This document shows, one piece after another, positions 1-8,072 of a stretch of 24,020 nt of DNA; the first letter of the stretch is position 1, and each line of letters begins with the position of its first letter. Origin of the DNA: a virus. Taxonomy: Duplodnaviria > Caudoviricetes. Position numbers and translations under genes: made by a program. The notes beneath the pieces were generated by a model that saw nothing but the letters and a program-made list of their open reading frames with translations, was not told the origin of the DNA and did no database searches. The DNA lies in the IMG/VR virus record IMGVR_UViG_3300022923_000104, positions 1 through 24,020 of that record; one strand, 5' to 3'.

Positions 1-1461
1 TTTTATTTTTCTGCAATGTTGAAAAATTTGGCGAATGTCAGATGCGTTAGACATGTCAATAGTTTGGGCGCGCTCAAGCTCTTTACAGCCACCATACATA
101 TAACGAACATCTGTAGCATTGCCAGTATAAAAATCTGTAGATTTTATTAACTTAGAATTAGAAAGATAGAGAGCAAAAAAAGTAGTAACGCCCGTTGGAA
201 CGTTCTCAACAGCGACCTCTCTTAGTTCAGAGCATGGAGACATTGCGTAATGCATATTGGTAACAGATGATATATCTTTAATGTTGATTTTCTTTAAACT
301 GTGACAATTACCGAAGCAATTACTCATACTTGTAGCATTTGGGGCATATATATCTGGAACCCTTCTTAAACTAGTACAACCGTTAAACATATTGGCTAGC
401 GTAGAAGCGCCGCTTAGGTTTATATCATCTGGTATATAAACCATATCTTCGTTGCCTTTAAATAGGTTTGTTGAGTCATACAGGCCGGTAGGCCAAGATA
501 TACCATTTGGGAAAGCTTTTAGGTTTTGCATACCCCCAAAAGCGTGAGAAAGGCTAGTGGCGTTAGAAAAGTCAGAAAATGGTATGTAATCAAGAGATCG
601 GCATTGCCAAAAAACTGTATAAAAATTAGTAACGTTTGACGTATCATATTCCGGTACATAGGTTAAACTGAAACAATTATGAAAAAGATCATTTAGCGAA
701 GTAGCAGAGGATGTATCAAGCATCGGCGCGCGTTTTAATTTCTCGCAGCTGTAAAACATTTGACTAAGACTCGTTCTACCAGTAGTAGCGCCGCTCGGAA
801 TATAAGCAACTCTCAAGTTTTTGAGTCCATTAAAGGGGCTGTTTATAATCGTATCACAGTTTATATGGAGCCTTTCTAAGTGTCTGCTATTTGAACCAGC
901 AACAAACTGAGTCATATCTGGAGCGTTCACATGTATATCGACAATATTAGTAGATTGCGAATTACTATAAAGAGTATTTTTGTTGGGATCTAATTGCCCA
1001 TTCATAGTACTGACATTTAAATATGCAAACCCGCTAGGACTACTCATCTGAATTAAAGCCTGTCTCGCAACAGTACCATTAAACGGTATCTCCGTATCTT
1101 CTGGTAAGTCTTCAAAATTATAATAATGGTCTGGGTATATTGTGCTATTATTGCTGGTTGTGTAAGCCAAGCTAGAAGTACCATCGCCCCAGTCAATAGT
1201 AGTGTGGATACCGCTATTGTTTGAGTGGCTAATCATCTGCATTGACGCATACCTATTAACAGTACCACTTTCGACCATCATCAACATGGCGATTTGATTA
1301 TCACCAGAATTTATGACCGGCATATCCATCCACTCAGACGGTCTAACCCAATCTGGCTCAAGACCAGCTTCGCTATAATCAGTACCACCAAGATCGGCTG
1401 CACTATAAGGTTCAATTATAGATATAGCATTTATTTCAGCATTACCTAATTTTATACTCAT
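1..1461 (-). CDS. BspA/DUF285-like leucine-rich-repeat protein, probable receptor-binding/virion protein (3'-truncated, at least 487 aa; not in the ORF track)
   Basis: Manually translated. The ATG at 1461 overlaps the upstream TAA (TAATG) and the frame has no stop down to base 1. Starts MSIKLGNAEINAISIIEPY, then WVRPSEWMDMP and a PKD-like IDWGDGT, then ~22-25-aa repeats such as SLSQMFYSCEKLKRAPMLDTSSA, TLANMFNGCTSLRRVPDI and DVRYMYGGCKELE. Confidence 0.85.
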   Translation of the reverse strand, partial: MSIKLGNAEINAISIIEPYSAADLGGTDYSEAGLEPDWVRPSEWMDMPVINSGDNQIAMLMMVESGTVNRYASMQMISHSNNSGIHTTIDWGDGTSSLAYTTSNNSTIYPDHYYNFEDLPEDTEIPFNGTVARQALIQMSSPSGFAYLNVSTMNGQLDPNKNTLYSNSQSTNIVDIHVNAPDMTQFVAGSNSRHLERLHINCDTIINSPFNGLKNLRVAYIPSGATTGRTSLSQMFYSCEKLKRAPMLDTSSATSLNDLFHNCFSLTYVPEYDTSNVTNFYTVFWQCRSLDYIPFSDFSNATSLSHAFGGMQNLKAFPNGISWPTGLYDSTNLFKGNEDMVYIPDDINLSGASTLANMFNGCTSLRRVPDIYAPNATSMSNCFGNCHSLKKINIKDISSVTNMHYAMSPCSELREVAVENVPTGVTTFFALYLSNSKLIKSTDFYTGNATDVRYMYGGCKELERAQTIDMSNASDIRQIFQHCRKIK

Positions 1462-4400
1462 TATAAGATAATCCAATTAGAGTTAGTTGATTGTAGTGTT
1501 ATAGATTGGTATTGCGTACTCAATGAGAATGAGGTTTGACCGTCTATAGTTTCCCCACCAACACCACTAACTATTACGGTGTTAGCACTGATATTCTTTA
1601 TATTATACACGATTCCGCCGTTACCAACCGCAGAGGGAAGTGTCAAATTTAAACCAGCTGTAGCATGTATTGTATAGTCTGTGGTTAATATTGCTGCGTC
1701 TGCACCGACTGTCCTAATTGGCTGGACGACTGGCCCTTCAATATCTGGATCAGTAATAATATAAAACGTGGCGGCGTCTGGCGTTATAGCGTCATATTCT
1801 GACTGTGTAAGCTGTTTAATGTGATATATTTCATCACTAGTAATTACGCGCTTTCCGCTGGCGATTATATTACCACTTAACGATACGTCTACACCGTCAT
1901 AAATAAATGTATTGTTACCGCTAACCGCGCCTTGGTCATTAAAGAAATTAATTCCACTAGGAGTGCCGGTTGGAATCAAGCCAGACACAGTATCAATTTC
2001 AGTCTCTAGATTATTTGTTATTGTATTAAAATAACCAGATACAGAGGGAGCGTCTGTAATAATATAAAAGGTTGCAGAATCAGGTGTGATCGCATCGTAC
2101 TCTGCTTGTGTTATTTGTTCTATGTGATAAATATCATCACTCGTAATAACGCGCTTACCACTAGCCGTAATGTTTCCACTCAGCGTGATGTCTGAGCCAT
2201 CATAAATCATGGTGTTATTGCCAGTTAGACTCCCGTCGTCAGCAAAAAACGTCATGCCACTTGGAAGTCCAGTGGGGGTCAATCCAGATACAGTAATAAT
2301 GTCAGCTTGTAGCTGTGAAGTTTGCCCCTCAAAATACCCAGAAATTGCCGTATCTCTCGCCTCAAAATATCCCGACACGGCGGCGTCTTCGGATGCGTCT
2401 GTGATAATGTAGAACGTAGCAGAGTCAGGCGTGATAGCGTCATACTCAGCTTGCGTCAACTGCTTAATATGGAATATCTCGTCGCTAGTAACAATGCGCT
2501 CACCTGTGGCAAATATAGTACCACTCAGAGAAATATTATTACCATCATAAACTAAAGTATTATTGCCAGTTAGACTTCCATCATCGGCAAAGAATGTTAA
2601 TCCGCTTGGAAGCCCTGTTGGAGTAAGACCAGAAACCGTTAATATATCCAAGTCGGCTTGATCTGCCCTAGACTCAAAATAGCCCGATATTGACGTGTCT
2701 CTTGAGTCAAAATACCCGGAGATTTGAGTATCGCGAGCCTCAAAGTATCCTGAGATAGCCGCATCTTCGTTGGCATCAGTAATAATATAAAATGTAGATG
2801 CGTCAGGAGTTATTAAGTCGTACTCAGCTTGTGTAATATGTTCGATATGTTTTACGGCATCGCTGGTGACAACATGTTTTCCGCTTGCGGTAATATTACC
2901 ACTAAGAGATATGTCTGAACCATCGTATATTAATGTATTATTACCGGTTAAACTAGCGTCGTCCGCAAAGAACGTCATGCCGCTTGGTATGCCGGTTGGG
3001 GTCAAGCCAGACACCGTAATTATGTCTGAGTTTAATTGGTCAGATGTAGATTGAAAGTATCCCGAATTAGCTAGAATATCAAGATCGGCGGAATCAACTC
3101 TAGACTCAAAGTACCCAGAAATAGATATGTCTCTAGTTTCAAAATACCCAGAGATAGCAGAATCAGCAGAATCTAGGTAAGATATTATCGCATTGTCTTT
3201 AGCTTCTACATATCCAGATATTTCAGCATCTCTTACGTCTAGATATCCAGAAATAGCAGAATCTCTATTTTCAAAATAACCCGATATATCAATATCTCTA
3301 GAGTTGAAATAGCCAGATATGGAGGTATCTCTACTTTCAAAATATCCAGAAAGCGCTGCGTCTTGGGTTGTGAGATAACCAGATAGTGAAGGGGCGTCTG
3401 TAATAATGTAAAAAGTAGCTGAGTCTGGAGTTATAGCGTCATACTCTGCTTGGGTTATTTGCTCAATATGGTATATATCATCGCTAGTTATAACTCTTTT
3501 ACCACTAGCCATGATGTTGCCGCTAAGTACTACATCATTTCCATCATATATAAAATTGCTACTGCTATCGAGATCGCCGTCATTAGCAAAGAAAGTGATA
3601 CCGCTAGGAATACCTGTTGGCGTCAAGCCAGAAACAACAAGTAGGTCTGAGTTAAGCTGGTCGGTTTCACCTTGGAAATAACCAGAAATCGCCGTATCTC
3701 TAGCTTCAAAATATCCAGATACGGCTGCATCTTCAGAGGCATCTGTTATAATGTAAAATGTTGCCGAGTCGGGAGTTATGGCGTCGTATTCAGCCTGCGT
3801 TAACTGTTTAATATGAAATATTTCATCGCTGGTTATCATTCTCTCGCCGCTAGAGAATATTGTACCGTCTAGATAAACACTGGTTCCATCATAAGTGAAA
3901 GTATTATTACCAGTTAGACTGGCGTCATCTGCAAAGAAGGTTATACCGCTAGGAATCCCCGTTGGGGTTAACCCGGAAACAGTTATGATATCTGAGTTTA
4001 GCTGATCTGATGTAGATTGAAAATACCCCGAATTAGCTAGAATCTCAGAATCAGCAGAATCAACCCTAGATTCAAAATAGCCGGAAATAGATAGATCTTT
4101 ACTATCAGAATATCCAGATACAGCAGTTATGAAAGAATCGTTATCATTTATGCTACTTTGTAAGTTACCGCTAGTAGTAGAAATTAATGTTGTTAAAGTA
4201 TTCGCTACGTTAGCGTCATCGTTTAGTGCGGCTGCTATTTCATTGAGTGTATCAAGAGTCGAAGGCGCTCCATCTACAATCATAGCATAAACATCCCCAC
4301 TAATAGAGGATATATCTACGTCAAAAGTACCGCCAGCGTTATTCGTATATGTTAATATACCACCGCCATATGATAAACTAACACCGCTAGTGTCAAAAGT

Positions 4401-5540
4401 AGATAAGCTAGATAAGTCAGCAGTAAAGCTACCGCCATAGCTATTATTGTATGTTAGTATATTGTTTGTAAAATCAAAATTTTCACCGCTAGGAGTAAGC
4501 AGTCCTGAGACGGTATATACATCGTCATCTATAGAATCAGCTCTAGATTCAAAGTAACCAGAATTTGCTAGAATCTCAGAATCAGCAGAATCGGCTCTAT
4601 TCTCGAAGTATCCAGAATTTGCTAGAATCTCAGAATCAGCAGAATCAGCTCTAGATTCAAAGTAACCAGAATTTGCTAGAATCTCAGAATCAGCAGAATC
4701 AGCTCTAGATTCAAAGTAACCCGAATTAGCTAAAATGTCAGCGTCTGTAGAATCAGCTCTATTCTCGAAGTATCCAGAATTAGCTAGAATTTCGGAATCG
4801 GCAGAATCAACCCTAGACTCGAAATACCCAGAAGTATTTATTAAAAGGTCATAATTATCTTCTATGGAACTATTGAGCGCACCGGATACGGCATTTAGCT
4901 CAGATATAGTCTCATTTATACTATCTTGCAGGCTGCCGCTAGCTTGGGTTATGTAACTATCCGCCCAGCCACTAAGTGAACTATCTTGTGTATCTGTGTA
5001 GCTCCTAGCCCACCCACTAACCTCTGTAGCGGAATGGTCTAAACTATCTATGTACGACTGAAAATAACCGCTGTTGGTTACTATATTTTCAGCATTTTGA
5101 TCTATTAATGATCCGCTAGCATACGGTAAAGCGGCTGTAGTCTGAAGAGTTGTATCAGCAAATCTAATAACGTCGAACGTACCGCTATGAGCAATAACAT
5201 TACCATCTATATCAAAATCATCATTCTCATCTAGATAGGCAGTTTTATCAGCGGGTATAACACAAAACACTGTGCTAATACCTACTAAGTTTATAAGATT
5301 ATCTGAATTGGAACTTTGAAGGATGGTGTCTCTACTGAGGGAGTTATCACTCGCTCTATATGTACCAATACCTATTTCAAATCTATCAAAGTTTTGTATA
5401 CAGTAATAAGTCTGGTTGCCATCGCCAATGGCGTCAGAGAAAGTTTGAAAACCACCATACGTAGCGCCACTAAAGCTAATCCTACCGAGACCTTCGGTAG
5501 TTACGCTCTCTTTTACTCTATCTGCTAATATGATTGCCAC
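1461..5540 (-). CDS. Large repetitive tail-fibre/appendage protein (1359 aa)
   Basis: GTG start. The N-terminus ILADRVKESVTTEGLG...FQTF..IGDGNQTYYCI is a recurring phage fibre N-terminal domain. Also has the fibre motif GAPSTLDTLNEIAAALNDD, 11/18-aa coiled-coil-like repeats, six TQAEYDAITPDSATFYIITD modules, and a C-terminal LTLPSA..G...IKN...ETIDG...WIIL domain typical of phage fibres. Confidence 0.8.
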   Translation of the reverse strand: MAIILADRVKESVTTEGLGRISFSGATYGGFQTFSDAIGDGNQTYYCIQNFDRFEIGIGTYRASDNSLSRDTILQSSNSDNLINLVGISTVFCVIPADKTAYLDENDDFDIDGNVIAHSGTFDVIRFADTTLQTTAALPYASGSLIDQNAENIVTNSGYFQSYIDSLDHSATEVSGWARSYTDTQDSSLSGWADSYITQASGSLQDSINETISELNAVSGALNSSIEDNYDLLINTSGYFESRVDSADSEILANSGYFENRADSTDADILANSGYFESRADSADSEILANSGYFESRADSADSEILANSGYFENRADSADSEILANSGYFESRADSIDDDVYTVSGLLTPSGENFDFTNNILTYNNSYGGSFTADLSSLSTFDTSGVSLSYGGGILTYTNNAGGTFDVDISSISGDVYAMIVDGAPSTLDTLNEIAAALNDDANVANTLTTLISTTSGNLQSSINDNDSFITAVSGYSDSKDLSISGYFESRVDSADSEILANSGYFQSTSDQLNSDIITVSGLTPTGIPSGITFFADDASLTGNNTFTYDGTSVYLDGTIFSSGERMITSDEIFHIKQLTQAEYDAITPDSATFYIITDASEDAAVSGYFEARDTAISGYFQGETDQLNSDLLVVSGLTPTGIPSGITFFANDGDLDSSSNFIYDGNDVVLSGNIMASGKRVITSDDIYHIEQITQAEYDAITPDSATFYIITDAPSLSGYLTTQDAALSGYFESRDTSISGYFNSRDIDISGYFENRDSAISGYLDVRDAEISGYVEAKDNAIISYLDSADSAISGYFETRDISISGYFESRVDSADLDILANSGYFQSTSDQLNSDIITVSGLTPTGIPSGMTFFADDASLTGNNTLIYDGSDISLSGNITASGKHVVTSDAVKHIEHITQAEYDLITPDASTFYIITDANEDAAISGYFEARDTQISGYFDSRDTSISGYFESRADQADLDILTVSGLTPTGLPSGLTFFADDGSLTGNNTLVYDGNNISLSGTIFATGERIVTSDEIFHIKQLTQAEYDAITPDSATFYIITDASEDAAVSGYFEARDTAISGYFEGQTSQLQADIITVSGLTPTGLPSGMTFFADDGSLTGNNTMIYDGSDITLSGNITASGKRVITSDDIYHIEQITQAEYDAITPDSATFYIITDAPSVSGYFNTITNNLETEIDTVSGLIPTGTPSGINFFNDQGAVSGNNTFIYDGVDVSLSGNIIASGKRVITSDEIYHIKQLTQSEYDAITPDAATFYIITDPDIEGPVVQPIRTVGADAAILTTDYTIHATAGLNLTLPSAVGNGGIVYNIKNISANTVIVSGVGGETIDGQTSFSLSTQYQSITLQSTNSNWIIL
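1750..3985 (-). repeat. Six dispersed ~80-aa modules (VSGLTPTGIPSG...TQAEYDAITPDSATFYIITD) separated by variable numbers of 11-aa ISGYF linker repeats
   Basis: Six copies counted in the translation; boundaries approximate. Confidence 0.9.
3090..3390 (-). repeat. Degenerate 33-bp (11-aa) tandem repeat, consensus ISGYFExRDxx
   Basis: About nine consecutive hendecads LSGYLTTQDAA/LSGYFESRDTS/ISGYFNSRDID/ISGYFENRDSA...; boundaries approximate. Confidence 0.85.
4531..4832 (-). repeat. 54-bp (18-aa) tandem repeat, SGYFESRADSADSEILAN, ~5.5 copies
   Basis: Near-identical DNA units, e.g. gctagaatctcagaatcagcagaatcagctctagattcaaagtaacc recurring at 54-bp spacing. Confidence 0.92.
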
Positions 5541-5542
5541 TT

Positions 5543-6562
5543 CTATTCCCTTTTGAGTAGGTATTTTGCCTCATTTACAAAAGATTGAAACAGAATTTCG
5601 TCAAGCGAATTTTCTTCAACAAAGTGTTTTCTAACCTCGTGTAAAGGATAATTTATTTCAGTAAGTCCTAAAATATAATTCCTTAGTTTAGTTATATAGT
5701 CTACTGGGTAGTGAACGCCGTTTACCTTTTGGAATCTATGCATCCACTTCATAAATGGTAAAGAGTATACTTTTCTGTCTTGCGATCTATATTTTTCTGC
5801 TATGTATCCCTCTTCTCCGCCAAAACCTAATGCAAATTTATTATATCCCAACCAGCTCTCTTTTCTAGTTAAGAAACACCCTGTAGCTTGACCCCATATC
5901 TCATACGGTGTATCTGAATCTACGTTTAATAGGCGTTTAGCGCCAGTTCCTACTAATGGAATGTCTTCATCTTGTTTAAGTGACATTCCGCAACTTTGAC
6001 ATTCGCGTATTACATTTTGTTCTACCGCCGATCTATAATTTCTATCTTTGTCTACAAAAAAGTAAAAGTCCTTACAGGCACAAACAAATGCGCTAACCCA
6101 TTTACCCCACATACCATTATCCCAAGTTTTTTCAAAAAAATCAAATTGCAGCTGACAATTGTCGGCTATCATTGGTCCATAGAACAAATCATCCGACTCA
6201 GGGTTGTCATTTATGAAGTCTAATATCTTTTCTAGTGTCTGAACAACTGGGCAAAGTAAAATATGACAATCTAAAACAAGAACAAATTCAGAGTCTGCTA
6301 GTTCTATTAACCTATCTTTTACAGCGCCCGACCCCTGTTTATTGAAAATATCAAACTTTATTGGTGCAAGATCCCTAGAAGCAAATTCCTTTAAGAGTTT
6401 AGAGTGGTCGGAGCCACTACTATTATCAACTAACACAAACTCTATTTGCTCAAGTAGGTCTTGTCTTTTGTTAAAAATTAATTCTTTTCTTATGTCCTGA
6501 ATAGTGAAATAAGCGCCGTCGAAATCGTGATGGTGAGGTATAGCTATTGAGAGCTTTTTCAT
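5543..6562 (-). CDS. Glycosyltransferase, GT-A fold/family-2-like (probable start 6562, MKKLSIAIP, 339 aa)
   Basis: N-terminal LSIAIP, FVLVDNSS, G...K..LI..A.SEFVLVLDCH (DxD-like), and GFGGEEGYI..KYR, all typical of GT2. The ATG at 6562 is preceded by AGGAG...AGGA. The track start at 6625 overlaps the upstream gene. Confidence 0.8.
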   Translation of the reverse strand: MKKLSIAIPHHHDFDGAYFTIQDIRKELIFNKRQDLLEQIEFVLVDNSSGSDHSKLLKEFASRDLAPIKFDIFNKQGSGAVKDRLIELADSEFVLVLDCHILLCPVVQTLEKILDFINDNPESDDLFYGPMIADNCQLQFDFFEKTWDNGMWGKWVSAFVCACKDFYFFVDKDRNYRSAVEQNVIRECQSCGMSLKQDEDIPLVGTGAKRLLNVDSDTPYEIWGQATGCFLTRKESWLGYNKFALGFGGEEGYIAEKYRSQDRKVYSLPFMKWMHRFQKVNGVHYPVDYITKLRNYILGLTEINYPLHEVRKHFVEENSLDEILFQSFVNEAKYLLKRE

Positions 6563-6578
6563 TCCTAAATCTCCTGTC

Positions 6579-8072
6579 TTACTCTTGAGGTTCTGGGTTT
6601 GGTATATTCCAGTTAAATTTATCATAACAATGATCTAAAATATAGTCGCAACTTATGCCACTAAAAAGAGCGCCATTGCAGGTTTCTAGTTCATAATCTA
6701 TTTCCGTGCAGCTGCCACCACCCAGAAGGTCTGATTCACAGCAAGCGCCAGATCCAATTTCGCATGGGTCATCAAAACAACTTATGAATGTGCCATCAAT
6801 TTGAGGGTTTGCAGTAAAAGTAGAATTAACTCCATATAGTTCATCGCAACCCTCTGAACTAATTGTATACGCACAGTCTCCAAGCTTAGGGTTTGGAGGG
6901 CAGCAAATTCCTATCTCTGGCGGAGGCGTGGTACACCACGCACTACCACAATCAGGACCATTATAATATCGCACGGTACGGCCACCATTTCTGTGATACA
7001 TTTGATATATTGGCAAAGAAACCCTAGAGTAACATCCCGGTCTACCAATAAAGTATTTACCAGACTCAACAGGTTCTAAAGGATCATCTGCGCAATATAT
7101 ATTCCAATTAATCTCCATAGGGTAGTTGCTACAACTTTCATCAACACAATCTTCCGAGCAAAAAGTGTCTGTAAAAATACAGTTATGAAAAACTAAACTA
7201 TCTGCGTAAAACTCGTGATAATCTTTTAAGTGTAGGTCATACAGTTGGGTTTCGTATTTATCTTGTTTAAGGGAAATGCTTTGAACTGTTTCAAACCCAT
7301 ACTCATTGATCACTACATCTCCGATGTTTAAATCACCAACAATGTTAACGTAACTTCCATAGTTATTGCTTGAAAGTTCTGAGTTTACCGCCTTAAAGCC
7401 CTGAGTGGTTTTAATTGGGTGGTCTTCTGTGAAGAAATAGTCACCGCTATTTAGCGAAACGAGTTTTCTGTCACCTAGTATTGGTCTAATTAGTTCAAGG
7501 ATGGTGGTATTACCACTAGGCGTCTCAACCTCATCTCCAATTTGTATGTCTTCTATATTTTTATAACCGTTGGGTATTTTAATCTTAGTGCCAGAGACAA
7601 AACATGTGACTGGTGGCGTGCAACACGAATTTATACGATTATCATATGCACTGCACACGTTTGTTGCTAACCATGTTATACAATCGAAACAGCTGTCTCG
7701 ACTAGGATAGTAATACAAATAATTATTGTCTGGATTATCCCCATATATTAGCGGATAATACCACTGTCCAGAGGGTGTGAGGATTCCAGCACTCTCGCCT
7801 AGCCCTTTAGAACATTGAATTTGACCATTAAATTGACCCCCTACTTCGTCGCATATGTCAGCCCAAACATTATCTCCACATAGAGAAAAGTTATGAATTG
7901 TCTTATACCGAATATGATCGCATGGTTCCGGCGCTTCAGCGTCATAAAAATCATAAGCCTGAAAGCAGCAAGAGCCACTGTAACATGGAGGTGGAGTGCA
8001 ACACGTCCAAGCCTGATCGCAATCATCACAGGTTTCGTTATTTCGCATATAATAACACTTGGGTCTTCCCAT
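6579..8072 (-). CDS. Cysteine-rich protein containing a Hint/intein domain (probable start 8072, MGRPKC, 497 aa)
   Basis: The ATG at 8072 overlaps the upstream TAA (TAATG). 38 Cys by manual count, with GSCC/GICC/GACC and CCTPPP motifs, and a central Hint domain. Confidence 0.8.
   Translation of the reverse strand: MGRPKCYYMRNNETCDDCDQAWTCCTPPPCYSGSCCFQAYDFYDAEAPEPCDHIRYKTIHNFSLCGDNVWADICDEVGGQFNGQIQCSKGLGESAGILTPSGQWYYPLIYGDNPDNNYLYYYPSRDSCFDCITWLATNVCSAYDNRINSCCTPPVTCFVSGTKIKIPNGYKNIEDIQIGDEVETPSGNTTILELIRPILGDRKLVSLNSGDYFFTEDHPIKTTQGFKAVNSELSSNNYGSYVNIVGDLNIGDVVINEYGFETVQSISLKQDKYETQLYDLHLKDYHEFYADSLVFHNCIFTDTFCSEDCVDESCSNYPMEINWNIYCADDPLEPVESGKYFIGRPGCYSRVSLPIYQMYHRNGGRTVRYYNGPDCGSAWCTTPPPEIGICCPPNPKLGDCAYTISSEGCDELYGVNSTFTANPQIDGTFISCFDDPCEIGSGACCESDLLGGGSCTEIDYELETCNGALFSGISCDYILDHCYDKFNWNIPNPEPQE
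7182..7604 (-). other. Mini-intein / bacterial intein-like Hint domain, 141 aa, no endonuclease
   Basis: Block A CFVSGTKI...KNIEDIQIGDEV; block B FTEDHPI (TxxH); DLNIGD; block F LYDLHL..YHEFYAD; terminal VFHN followed by Cys at +1. Confidence 0.92.

Noticed and set aside
1750-3985. Diverged repeat pairs as a diversity-generating retroelement TR/VR
   Set aside because: In the pair compared, differences are synonymous and not adenine-specific, both copies are coding, and there is no reverse transcriptase in the window.
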